The translations under genes and the position numbers were made by a program. Below, piece by piece: positions 47,811 to 61,714 of a stretch of 64,000 nt of DNA. How positions within the stretch are numbered: the stretch's first letter is position 1; each line of letters opens with the position of its first letter. A model generated the notes under the pieces. The model was not told the DNA's origin and ran no database searches. It worked only from the letters and a program-made list of their open reading frames with translations. Source of the stretch: Tubulanus polymorphus (Eukaryota; Animalia; Nemertea); contig NC_134025.1 of assembly GCF_964204645.1 (NCBI RefSeq), forward strand, positions 10,478,001 through 10,542,000. Reading direction: 5' to 3'.

Positions 47811-50800
47811 TAACACTGGCTTTTTAGTGTCTGCTCAATTCTATTAATAGTTTACTCTATTAGAATTTGCCTTTCCTCGATTTTTTATCCTCCATTCATA
47901 GAAGCATTATGATAGATTAATTTTCATTTGTTTTGATTTTACTTGTAGGCATAGCCGACCTCCTACTTCCGCGGATATGGATTACATATGGAACGTCTCT
48001 TGACGAAAGATACCATTAGCGGAATTAGCAGTGACGCTTACCACGCCGGATCGTGCCAATAGAATTAATGCAGGAAGCTCGCCGATGACAGATCTTTCAA
48101 ATATCAGTTCTAAATCTTGATACATTGTTATGCAATAAGTTAGTTTTATCTATAACGACGACGAGAGAATCCTTCTTTCGTTTCTGTTTGTTTTTATTCT
48201 ATGAGAAATGAATGCAAAGATCTTCCGTTGTAAGGGCCATTTTCAGAGTCAAATTATTTGCGTTAACTGTAGTAAGCTCTACCTTAACTTTGTTAGGTTG
48301 GGTAGGACTGCTAGAATTACGTGAAATATGTTGAGTTGGCCAACTACTACACTGAGTAAACTCATGGTAATGCAACTTTCTTTTTGTCACCGGCAGTACT
48401 GGTACAACACGTTACAAACAGCTTAATCCAATCTTTATGGCTGATCAAATTAATCTGGTTTATGTAGTAATATGGGGCCATTTTCTCAAAACATGCGTCA
48501 TGTGAACCTGTGCAGTGACTGACAGTGACAATTTTAAACTGCATAAGTGGTCCCAATGTTGAAAAAGGAAATTAAATCTTGCATTGTGTAGAGAGTGAAG
48601 TCTGAAGCAAGGGGGGAGTTAAGACTGGTCCACCACTTCAAAATTCGAATGTGCCCTTGTGGCTCCAAAAAACCGGTAAAATCTTTTTTGCAAAGAAAAA
48701 AGACTAAAAATAAATCCAATCGGGCCAGAAAAGCCCCTTTTGTCCTAGATTTCCTGTGTCATGGGAAGTCCACCAGAACATCCAATGTTTCGTGCTTGAA
48801 GCCCTCGCATGAAATCTACCCTTTTCAAATTAAGGGCCCATTTCAATTTTCAGGTCCACCCCTTCAAATAATCCTACAGATCCGCCCTTGAGAGAAGACC
48901 TCAACAGTGTATAGATACTATAGTTTGATTATTCCAACAGTAATAACGATAACTCCTGAATGATTCTAGAACTAGTCGTAGTGGGATTGAATATTTGTCA
49001 CTTCATTTCGATTTCTCATGAGTGAAGCTATCTCAGGAATTGTGTCGTTGCAATGGTCCGGTCTTTTCATAATGAGAAGAAAGGAATAATGCATTTTCAG
49101 TTCATTTTTAAGGAAAATTCAAATTTATCTTGTGGCTTATGTATGCAATACAGGTCACTGTATATAATACGTATAATGTAATTCATTCTGTACATGTCTT
49201 ATTTATGTTGTTGATATTTTGTAGAAAATTAATTGAAAATTTAAAGATGATGATGGAAAACCATACCGGGGTATACGGTACTACATCTCAAAAGAGGTTT
49301 TAGTATCCCGGTTGTTTTTTACGTACTTGTATGTACGGTTGAACTTGCGTAAGTCATCATAGCTAAAAGACCATAGCATTAAGTTGATATCTATCCATAT
49401 AATGACGAACACTTAGTAAATTGAAATACACAAATTGGAACTTAAAAATAATGACGATTTAATTAATGTGAATGATGACTTATCTGATGACGATTTACCC
49501 GAGTTTTACTGTAATATATATTATTGTAACTTGAATGAAGAAGTATGTTTATAGGGATCATTCCTTTATTACATTCGCATTAGGGGAGGGGGAGGGGTAA
49601 GTGCAATTGTGTACTGTAATGCTTAATGTATATGAAAAAAATGTCAAATTTCATGCGTACGTAATAAATGAATGATCCCATAGTAGACACCACTCAAATC
49701 GGATCTGACCAACTACTTTGATAAACATTCAACTCAATGTTCATGACCTCGTACTGTTCATATACATGTGTACCACCAAACTCGAATGTCGCTCTTTATC
49801 CGCAGTCTTAAGCCTAACTCAGGTCAATTAAGATCCGATCGCATTGTCAGATCGTAAGCAGTCAAGTCAGTGATTTTTAATCGGGAACCTTTTCAACGTG
49901 AGTGTACTTGCGACAGCAAAAGTTTGATCGCAGACCAATTATAAGAATAGAACAAGTTCTATTTCATACAACGGATCATAACTACCAGTTTTTAGCCAAT
50001 CAGCAACCGGTATTGTGTCACATGACTTTTAACGTTCAAAATGGTGAGTCACTTAGTCACGATGATCGAGTTGTAGTCGACAAACGTAGTGAGACAAACG
50101 AATAGGCAATCATCAGTCACGTGTACTACTGCTGTTCTTACGTCTATGGGTTTAAGTCGACCTGAGCTAGTGCAAAATCTTTAGCGCTCACCTTCCATTT
50201 GTATCACAACTTGTATTACAACGTTTACTGTATGCATGTTAGCGTTATAATTACGAAATCCAGGCTATATGTTAGGAGTGCATGTTCAACCCAGTTTTTA
50301 TCCGAATGCTTTTTTTTTCCATAGAAAACGTTCATATTTTTTGTTTTTACAATATTTGAAGTGATTTTCGTAGTAATGCAACAGCTATTCAAAAGCTGCT
50401 CTAAACATATAGAAGATAATCCATGCTCCGGAGCCGATAAGCAATTCTGGACCCTTCCCCCAAAATTTGGCACCCATTGTCGTGCTTAATATCATTCTTC
50501 CGATTCAAACTTGCAGACCTTAACTGCATTCAGCGCTTCAATTAAGATATATGACTAGAAAGTATGCACTGGGGCTGTTTCTAGCCTGCAGATTGATAAC
50601 AACAGTAGAAGTCACTTTGGATTTTTCAACTTTTTTTTCATCAAATTTTTGGTGAAATATTTGGTCCATTCAACCTGGAACCATGTAAACTATTATTCAT
50701 AATTCGGATGTACTTAATTCGAAGAAATCTGGACTGTCACTGAATCATGTGAGTTCTACAGTACAAAAGAGATGAAAGTCATTCATGTACTAGGCTCATT

Positions 50801-53800
50801 TCATGCACCGAAGAAATAGTCACTTGGTGAAACAAACATATGAAATAAAGAAATTTTAACTTCCAGCCAACCGAAAAAGGAATGAGCTCTTTCCATATCT
50901 CAATTATATTTAGGCTACTTATTGATTTTCAATTAGGCTCTTAATTGGAAAGTTAATTTTGATGCAAGGCATATTCTTGTAGGCTACTTGTTTGGGTCAG
51001 AGTTAAGATGATATTATTACCTAACCTGCATATGCAATCTCCTGTGGAAAAGCTGAAGGGCTAGTTGCTCATAAGTTAACCGGGTAAATCAACCTACTTT
51101 TATTGAGCAATTGGGCCTAGGTTTTCAGCGTAACTTCTGTTTTTCTTAATTTCATTTATAGGATTGTTATCATTAATGTAGATGGCTTGTTGATTAATTC
51201 ATTTGATGAATGAATGTCTGGTGTGTCTAATCATGGACGTGTCTAAATACTTGACCAGCACATGTATTAAGTGTGCACCTGTGCTGTGTATGAATGAATT
51301 ATTGAATTTTTGTACTATATTAATTTGAAAAAAAAATAAAAATCAGTTGAAAACTAAAAAGTTTTTTTTATTTGATTCTGGTAATTATGAAGGAATAATG
51401 CTTAAAATGGATCCTAATAATTGTGCAGGGAAATATTGGTGCTTTATTTAGACACTAGATGGCGGTAGCTCACGGCGATGTCCCCGTTTTTAACTGACGT
51501 TTTTATGACTTTCGGTTTACTTAAGGCTAAGGACGCGGACAGTCTCCTGATCGGATTGTACTGACATTTAACGAAAAGTGCTTCATAAAGCCGATACATT
51601 GGACTGCATTTACACTGCAAAATATTAGGGTAAGTCGATTTTCATATCACAGTTTGGCACCAAAAAGGGAAGTTCCGAATTTGGAATTAAATCAAAATCA
51701 AATTAATTAGCCTACTTCGGACTTAGCTTCAGAGGGGCCGGTTCCAATCAATCAAGGTTTGCTTATGGCTATCGGAGATAAAAAAGACGTGTCTATAGAT
51801 TGAACACTCATTTTCGTACCTCGACCTATATGAAACGGCCCCACATCTTTCGTTTAGTTTAGTTAGTTAGGCCTATCTGTCCACTCCTCCGTGTAATCGT
51901 AGACAGTGTAGGCCTAACAGTATTTATTTTTTGGCATGTATTATTTTAATATTATATTAGCTCAAATTCAATTAGGCCTAGAAAAATTCGTTTTCTAACT
52001 CATAAGATACATAGGCCTAGGCCTATTTACAATTATTGATTGTTAAAATTTGAATTAGGCCCCCTGTGTATCGTTAAGCCCCCTACAATTCTTAACCCTT
52101 AAGTGAGTTGAAGGCCCTATCAATTCATCAGGTTCCAAAAGCGAATGTAGGTAAAAATCCCCCGGGTAAAAAGGATATTTACTAGGGGAGGGGGATTTCA
52201 ATTAGGCTACCTGTTACCCCTAGAATCAATGACTTGCCCAAGATTAAGATCAACTGTATTAGCCTATAGGCCCTATTTTAGTATGTCGGCCCTGTTTGCT
52301 TTGATATTCTAAAAATGTATACATGCATAATCTGGTGCTGATTAATTTGGCCTTTTTTCGTAATACATGTAGTTGGTGACTAAAAACACTTCCAATCTTC
52401 CCAACCCTTCTATTGGGCTTGAGTAGCCTATCTTATTACGTGCTTGGTTAGGTCCTAATCAATAAGCCTATAGGGCCTGCAGTCACCCTACCATATACCC
52501 CCACCCCTGCCTACCACCACGTTTTCTCAATGCACATCTCTTCTATACAAATAGCCTACATGGCAAAATATCCCCATATTCCACCATACTATCTAGCCTA
52601 TACCGCCAAAATCTTTCTGCACCGATGTGGGCAATAGGCCTATATCAGGGGTTGACTGTATATACAATGTTTGTGAGCAGTGTTATTAGTTTTTAAAGCC
52701 TGTGAAGATAGTAGCCTTTACAGAACTACCAGGTGCGGATCTAGGGTCTGATTCAGGGAGGGATGCACCTCCAAAATAGTGCATATGATACAATTAATAG
52801 GGCACCCGGAAAGATAGCTCATCGGAAAACATTAACCCTTTTTTGGAAGTACAGCGAACAAGCTTACAAATTTTTTTAGGTAGGCCTATCAGTTTAATAT
52901 TTTTTCATTTTCGCGTAATATTTCAGGGCGACTTGCCACTTAGAAAGGGTGCGCACCCATCGACCCATTGACTACCTGATAAATCATGAATGTTTGATAA
53001 ACCAAATTACCAAACCCAATAATGTTCTGCAGTACTCGTACTCTATACTAGGGCCTAGCTTGCTTTTGCTGGTGTCTATACCAGCAAACCTAATTTTGAT
53101 AGAATTCTTTTTTCCGAATATAGCCCAATTGTGGCTCATAAATTTCTTACACAACTGTGAGGTTGAAATCGGTTATTGCTTGCCAACCATTTAGTTTATG
53201 TGATAGAAATCCCGCCTGATAGCTACTGTAGGATTTTTCTAGCCAAATCATTGTAGTGTCAGTGAAATGATGCAATTAATATTCAATTTTTCATAGCACC
53301 GATACAACGTATTATAAATGCGACGAAAACCTCAGAATTGAAAGCACCTTTCATTTTTGAAAGGCTATACGGTTCAAATCGTGTGTTACCCTCTGACACA
53401 TTAATATTGATATAAGTAATCGCGTACTTCATTGTCATTCGAACTATAAAACTAGTATTAACGATTTGTTTTCGAGTAAGCCCCACGTGCGCTTATTTAT
53501 TATCGGTGATAAATGTCCATTCATCTTGCCGTTATCTTAAGACTTCCTCGTTGAAAATCGCGTAGACATATTGCGCTCTAAGTAGTGGCTCATTACGTTA
53601 ATGGAAATCATCTAAGGATTGTGCACTTAAGGCTCCGATTGAGTAAAAGTTAAAAATACAGCATCTGCCGCGTCATCTGGATGGAATACTGTCCGTCGGA
53701 AGAACGACGACGCGCCGCTGTTGTCATCGCCGAGCCGATAAATCAATATAAACAGCCAGGTGGAATAGCGTAGCTGAACTCGATATAAACTAGTGCGTAG

Positions 53801-53974
53801 TTAGTTATCTCTAACACAACGGTCTAGTCAGTCACAAGCGTCGTACGCTCACGATAAAACTCGTTTCAATAACTCACACACACGCGCAGTTGAGTCGACA
53901 CCGGCTAGACATTCAGGGATTAGGGTCTATCGGTGTAATGGTCTAAATCGGTTTCGTCGTCGTTTTTATACGAA

Positions 53975-56900
53975 ATGAGTCATCAAAGTCCCGGTCGTCT
54001 TATTTTTCAGCACGGCGGCGCGATGGCTGCAGCATCGTTTCACGTGAACGTCGCCGACGCCGCGGCCGCTGTATCGGCGGCGGCCTCCTCCGGCAGTCAA
54101 CAACACCGTCAGCAGACGACCGGGGAACGGCGCGACGATGCCGACGAATCGCCGACGACGCCGTCGACAAAAGCCGTGTTTGGAGACGGAATCGACTGCT
54201 ACGGCGACGAACGCCAAATGCTGACCGACCAGGAGAAATTCTACAACAATCAAGTGCTCAGCGACATCGTGTTGAAGGTCGGCACTCAGAGGTTCTACGC
54301 GCACAAGCTGATGCTGATACGCGCTAGCGACGTATTCGAACGCATGTTCAGTTCAGAATGGGCCGATCCCGACAAACCGGTAAGTTTTACGACAATGGGG
54401 TGGTCACTTCAAATTACCTGGAAATCCGGGGAAAAGTCGGGGAATTTTCTTTTCTTTTCTTTAAAAAAGTCGGGTAGGCTAATAGTCAGGGAATTTGGTA
54501 AAAAAGTTTAAGATCAAGGAAAAATCAGGGAAATTCTAATCTTTTAATAATATGCCCAGAGTCGAGCTTGATGGGTTGAGTGATGAAAAAACAGCTCCCA
54601 TTATTCAAGCTATCTTCTTAATAACTGCATTCTGGGTGTGCAGTAGGCTGGCTATCGTTCCCCTTCTAAGTCTCATCTGCTTGTGAATGAAACCATTTTG
54701 AAATTCTAGACTCCATTTGTATGAAAACTGATATTTGAAACACGTCAGTTCCACAGTTGTCAGTTTAGAGTTTAGAATCAGTTCATTTTCAATGGGTTAA
54801 CTCTGAGTCCAAGAACTGCGGAACTGGGTCCAGCCAAATGGAAATTATTGTATGTAAAAAAATTTGTTCAGCTAATTTCGAAAAAAAGACTTCAATGTCA
54901 TTAAGCATTCAATTGGCCCCGCTGTTTGATATACAATATGACTATTAATCCACACTCTCGTGTATATCGACCATGTCCACTCAAATCATACAAATTACGT
55001 ACTTAAATACTAATAATACTGGTTCGCAGAATTTCTCCAGTGGGACAACTCTAATGTGTCTATAACATTTCTTTTGATCGTTAAGTTTTATTGTATTATT
55101 TTTATATATATATATATATATAAAAACATATGTAAATATTTTACATTTTCTATGTAAATATTTTACATTTTCTATAGTGTTGACTAACGAATAGACAACT
55201 ATCATTAGTACATTGATGTATGTACGTTGTTGTGAAGGAAGATTACTTTACTTAGCACACTAATGAATAATTGCATTATTGGCTTTTGCATAAATATGGA
55301 CTGTACGATTTTGTTACATACGTCTAGGGTTATAGTAAGTCCATCCAGGCATGTGTATGTCTCAGCACACTTGACGGCCGCTGTAAGCATATGTTGTTGC
55401 GGTGAAATCTGTTTTTTTGCGCTGACCACTAACAGTCTGTTTTATAGATTGTTTTCGTGTTGAAATAATGATCGCTGTGGCCAGTTTTTCAGAAGTGAAA
55501 AAGTTGCCAAATAACGAAGACTTATAACAAAACTATCAAAATGAATCCAGATTCACTTCGTCAAACTGAATCGTGTGTATTCCAATCCCTAACTTTAATG
55601 TAATAACTTACATTTTATATAACAACATGATAATGAACCTGATCTAATAAACAACAATTGCGCATTTATAAGTTAACCATGCGCTCTAAGGCCCTTTGTT
55701 GATAAAAATGCTGGATTTTGTTTTCTTAGGAGTACCAATGGATGGCCAGGGGCATATCCAAGTGGGGCCCTTATTTTGTTTTGCCAAGATAATAAACTGG
55801 CTTGAGAAAGTTACGCATACATGCAGTTGCAAACTATTGCTAGTAATTTTGTTCTAGAATCACTCGAGATGAGCAAGAATTGATCCATTTTTTCAAAATT
55901 TCTTGGGCGAGGACTGACAGCTCTGTTGGGCGGTGCTGAAAAATTTCCTTTGGCTAACAAGTATTTAACACACGAGTGGCAGCCCTGGAATTCGTTCGCA
56001 GTTTTATACAGAGTTTTATCAGTACAGAAAACGTCTCCTAATTCGGATGAACAGGAACCGGCAAAATTGGTCTGAGATAAATGTAGTCCCCGAGTTAAGG
56101 ATAGGAAAATGTTCATTTGGTAGTCAGAAAAAGATCTCTTTTCGTTCAGAGTTATTCAAAAGTCCGAGCCGGAGCACGACAAGGTTTACTGTATTATTGG
56201 TTAGATGTAAGGCTAGAAAAAAAGTGATACCTTGTTTCTCTTTTCTGCTGAGTTTCTAAGTTGACCCGGCCAGCCGCCCGTGTATTACTTTTTTGAAAAT
56301 CTTGATCAAGTTCACAATAACAACAGACCCGGCAGTTATAGAAATGAACTGATTACGAATTCTATTGCAGTTTACAAAAGTGACTAGCAGAAACAAGGTA
56401 CCGTTTTATTTTTAGCCTTATTATGACCATGGACGTATAAACTTGAGTTTATATACGCCCATGTTATGACTAATAGCTCTGTGGAACTGGCCTCTGCTCA
56501 TATTAGTAAACAAAAAACTGTATACTTTTATCACCTGAGGGTGACCAAAACTGGCTACGTAATGAACACGTAGCTGCATCATTGAGTATACGCGTTCGCC
56601 TTGTTCGGAAACAGTTACCATGACGACAACCTGGTTGTTTTGAAATTTTGCCGAATACGGAAACAAAGATCGAACGCACGAACGCGGGGACCGATTACCG
56701 TCTCGTGTCCAGCAGTATTGCGTCGTTTTTATTCATGATTTCGAGAATGAACAATCGTTCGCTAAATCTTTCCTCTTATAGAGGACGACGTCGTTGGCTG
56801 CGTCGCGTGCGCGCCGGTCTGCGTAGAGGAAAAGTCAATAATAATGACGGATTACCGCCGTCAACGGTGCACCGGTATTCCGGTCACATTTCTCTCCGTT

Positions 56901-59311
56901 GATTTGAAGTAGGCTAGACGCAGATGTAGAGAGACAAAGATAAATGGGCCGGAAGAAAAGACGACATTAACTTTAAGACGATACCGTTGATGACTTGTTT
57001 ACTTCCCTAGTTCTGTCTTGGTACTCATTGATTTAATCATGGACGATGATTTAATGTATCATTTGATTAGTGAAGCCATGATACGTTATCACTTAGTTAT
57101 CACTTTTTTGTTTGCTTAGACATATATATCGTATAGACTCATTGAGCTAGTTCCTGTGGAAGTGTTCAGGAAAAATGAAAATTGATCTTATGTCATGATA
57201 TAACTCCACGTAAAATCTAAATTTAATTTTTCGTAACGATGTCCCCCAAGAAGGCAGTGGATGTCGACAAAAAATTGGAATTTTGAATTTAAGAAGAAAA
57301 TTTCTGTTTTTATCTCGAGATAATAACTCAACGAATAAATGGGAAAACTTTTAATGAAGTGAGAATGAAATCAAATGTTCTTAGATGATAACTCGACTGA
57401 AATAAGGAAAACTGTTAATTAATCGTAAATGATGTTGAGATATATCTCGACTTAAAATCCAATTTTTCTTTGTTCCTAAATGATGTCCCCAGGACGCTTC
57501 CATAAGTTCCACTGGCCAGAATTTAGATCCCGCTAAGAATAAGCCAGTCACAAATGAAAACTGTTCCAGGTCAAATTGCATATGAGTTTGGAGGTGTCTA
57601 GTTGCCTGCAGTATACCCGGTAGTTCAGCCCTGATTTGAATCGATTTTGCCCACTGGTACTGAAACTAGTTCTGATGCAAAATTTCCTCCTAAATGTTTC
57701 CTGACAAGTATCAAATTCATCCCAAAATTTCAAACCTGAGTTCCAGTATGAAACCTGAGTTCCAATGGCTCTATCAGGGATCCGGGGGCTAGATGTGAGA
57801 ATATTTTCAGGGCAGATGAATAAAAAAGGTAACGAGAATGATAATGAATGACAAAGTCTGACAATAATTTCTAGAGCCAGTAGTTTATTCAACGATTCCA
57901 GAACAAAGAGACTTATTTAGGTAATCAAAATTAGTCTCTTAATGTCTTGAATTAGTCTCTTGATTTAGTCTATTTGTTCTGGATTAGATATAATATATTT
58001 CATAATTTCTGTTGTAGCTCAGACTATTAGAATATACCGGTAGTCAAAACGTCGAATAAACTACTGGTTCTAGAAATTGTTTTCGGACTTTGTCTTTCAT
58101 TATCATTGTGGCATTCTCGTTATTTTAACGTCATAACATCACAGATTTAGTGTTTTATCAATGTTAAGCACCACATTCATGACTTCTTATAACGAAATTT
58201 GTCATTTCGATCTCTACTTTTTCAGGAGATTGAATTAGTCGAAGAAGCCATGTGCGTCGAGGTGTTCCCGCGATTTCTCAAGTTTCTCTACAGCTGCCAC
58301 GTCTTGTTGAACGTCGACACGGCTCTGCCGCTTCTCGTGCTCGCCGACAAATACAACGTCATCGACCTACAAAACGTCTGCATCAACTTCTCGCACCAGC
58401 ATATCATCCCGAAAATCCAGCTGAAAGACGTTTTCCACGTGTGGTTCCAGTACGCGACGAAGTGCTACCACCACAAGCTGATCTCGGCGTCGGTGGCGGC
58501 GCTGTCCGACACGATGCTCTCAGCCGAGTGGGAGCAGGAGTGGACGAATCTCGAACAGGAACAGTTGATGGAGTTCGTGCGCAGTTCGAACTTGATCATC
58601 AAAGACGAATACGAACTGTGGGAAGGCGTGTTGAAGTGGCTGCAGGCGAGCGCGCATCCCGACCGCATGGTGAAAATGGAGACGCATTTACGCGCGATCC
58701 TGCCGCACGTTCGCTTTCCGATGATGACCGCTGACCACCTGTCGGACATTCAGAAAAGTCGCCTGTACGAACTCTACCCGCTCGAGTTCCAGCCGTACAT
58801 AATGCTCGCGTATAAATTCCATGCGCTCTCGTTGACGAGTCGCGCCACCGCGAAGGAGTTCACCACGGAGGCTTTTTTATTGCGAAACTACACGAACTTG
58901 CGCTGGGACAAACGCCTGGTCATCACCGACTATCCGACGAGTCAGAAATCGTCGGAGGTGACGCTGCGATTCACGACGCGGTCGAGTTCACTGCCGACGA
59001 CGACCTGGGAGTGGGAGCTGCGCGTCAATCTGAAATTCAACAAGCTGACCTCGTCGGAGGACTTCATGCGTTTGAAGAGCACAAACTTGATACTCGACCA
59101 GGCGCGGCCGATCGAATTTCTGCTGTCAGTCGTCGACAACGAACACGTCATCACAACGGTGACCGGAAAGAAAAACTTCTGCAAAAATAAGTACATGGTC
59201 GATACAGAAATCGACAAGAAACTGCCCGTTCAGGAACTAACGTCTCCCGATTCGGAATATCTCGTCAATGGCTCGCTGATTCTCCAAATAACCCTTAAAC
59301 CTGTTAGTTAG
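53975..59311 (+). CDS. BTB/POZ-BACK domain protein, BTBD17-like (2 coding exons: 53975-54379, 58226-59311)
   Basis: FYNNQVLSDIVLKVGTQRFYAHKLMLIRASDVFERMF; EIELVEEAMCVEVFPRFLKFLYSC...LLVLADKYNV; BACK motif DEYELWEGVLKWL...ILPHVRFPMM; phase-0 junction. Confidence 0.9.
57830..58121. repeat. Long inverted repeat (probable MITE) in BTB-gene intron; a comparable foldback lies at ~5354-5517
   Basis: aacgagaatg..acaaagtctgacaataatttctagagccagtagtttattc vs gaataaactactggttctagaaattgttttcggactttgtc..cattctcgtt. Confidence 0.7.
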
Positions 59312-61714
59312 TCGGTTAGTTAGTTACTAGGTTGATATTTTTTGTGTCCACTTAGATAATTGATTTCCCTGATTAATTAGATATGTATGTAGAAATGGAT
59401 GGAAACAGTGGAACCTTGTTATGCTGTATAATGAAACTTTGGCTTGAATATAAGAATTTGATTTATTTTTAGATAGCGTACTATATCGGATAGTAACTAC
59501 TGGTTTTAGGCATCCTCCCATGGCAGGGATCCAACCTGATGGCATACCGAAACCCTGCCACACTGCCACACCGGGTATGCAGGTTTGCCAAACAGATTGC
59601 CTGTTTTATAATCGCTAAATCAAATTTTCATGCATAAACTAAAAAATAAAACAGGATTCTGATTGGCTAATAATGATAATATCTTAGCTGCGCCTGTTTG
59701 CAAAGTCTTAAAGGTTAAAACACCCACAATTTACATTTGAGTTTCGAAGTTAGGTTTAAAATTAAGGTTCAAGCAGTTAAAATAAACCCAGCAGCTCTAA
59801 GTGAAAACCCTGTGATAATGAGCAACTTGTTGAATGAAGATATCACTAGGCAATAAGATGCTGGTGTTGAATTCAAGCATTTACTTCGATGATATTCACA
59901 ATTTACAGTTCTATTCGCGCATTCCGAATGCATTGTATATTATTATATATCATTCCAAAATATAATCAGTGATGACAATCAATGTGAGGATTGTACTGAT
60001 CCAAATTTCTATTTAACTTATAACTTTCAACTATGAGACTATCCATTTGATCCAAATAACTATTTTACTTATAACTTTCAACTATTAGGCCATCCGTTAG
60101 ATTTATATAGCATGTCTATGCCTAGTTTTTAAAGGTCCTACCTCTTGCACGCATTTCAAAGATAACTAGGAATGTCAACTATTTGATGGTCAGAATACAT
60201 GCAAATTGTATGGCTCAAAAACTGATAATGCTGCTCATGGTTTTGTGAAAGATGAATAGATGTTTAGGTGCTAACCGTCTTTTGTACAAATGAAGAAAAG
60301 CAATCTGGTTAATTGATTCCATGTTTAGACGATATTTCCTCTTTTTCCATGAATATGGAAAATTAGTATTCTCCTGTGAACCATTGAAAGATTTCTTTAT
60401 TTAAACCAGTGTGGTCTAAAACCAAAATTAGAATATCAACTTTAAGTTACGGTAGACTTTACATACTGCAAAACAGTAAGGGGTCTATTTATGAGAAATT
60501 CTTAAGTCTCGTCATGATTTTTTATCGGCTATTCAAACACAATTTTTTAATCAATTTTTTTAAATGTATACGTAGCAAATTTTCCATATTTTTGCTGACT
60601 ACACTTTCATTTGGCTTTCTCAACCCTGTATAGCGAACTGTGTATGTTCTTGTGTACTTGTCATCGTTTTTAAGTACTAACACTTCGATGGAATTCGTCT
60701 TGTTGTTATGGGATGATTTCCCCGGGGCTATTGATGATATTATCGCCGTGCGTTCTACATCAGGCAGATGAGATGGATTCAATCTATATGAGTGGTGATC
60801 CATTTTTGGTACAAATGATAATTCCCTCCCTATCCTGAAAAGATTGCCATGCATTGCGTGTCGCATAAAGGCATTGTTGTGTTATCCAGGCTTGTGGCGG
60901 GTTCTGTGTGTCTACAATCGCCATCTATCGTAAACGTCTGGGGCCAGTTGCAAAGTCATGACTTAGACTTAAGACCAGTCTAAGACCAACTTAGTTCTCA
61001 TCTAACAACTAAACGATTTAAGACAATTTTTGGACTGTGCAACTGGCTCCAGGTCCTTGTACAATGTGCTTAAAGTTGATACTCTCAGTATCATGCAATC
61101 CTCGATTTTCTACCGCCCTCAGTTGTTATCCACCAAAATTATAGAATTTTCCTGATGACAAAAATCGAGTTCACATTCTCCATTGAAACGATATTCAGTT
61201 ATTGGCCATTCTAGATTATCGACTGAAAAGCCATTCGTCCTAATGATCAAGGATCACGATGTTAGTTAAGTTAGGCTTCACATGCGCACGTGGAATGTCT
61301 CAAGTGTCTTGTGCATGATGAGCTAGGGTTGATCGCAGCGCAAGAGTTTTTTATATCAGGATGGCTGCTAATGTTACGTCTGCCCATTGAGGAACTGTTT
61401 TGCATAGTTGATTAGACTAGACAACTTCACACACACTTCATCAGCATTCCAAAATACAGATACAAATAGATTAATTGTTGTTGAATCATGTTGATTTCGA
61501 TCGTCACGTACACAGTCATTCCATGAACCCGATAGGCATTTTTGCGGGCCATCCGCGTAGTTTCTCTAAGCTGATTGATTCGAAATCTGAGTATATGCAC
61601 AACAGAATCGATTAAGCTCCCGGAACCGAAATCAGTTTGGCCCGTCAAGATGCCTAATGTATATAAATTTATATAGAACGAGGTTGTATTTTGATATCTC
61701 TATGTTTTTGTCAG

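Noticed and set aside
48080-48125. SECIS-like ATGAC...AAA...TGAT downstream of the in-frame TGA at 46755
   Set aside because: Helix II pairs only about 4-6 bp and helix I is not evident; protein context is not a redox motif; would need SECISearch support
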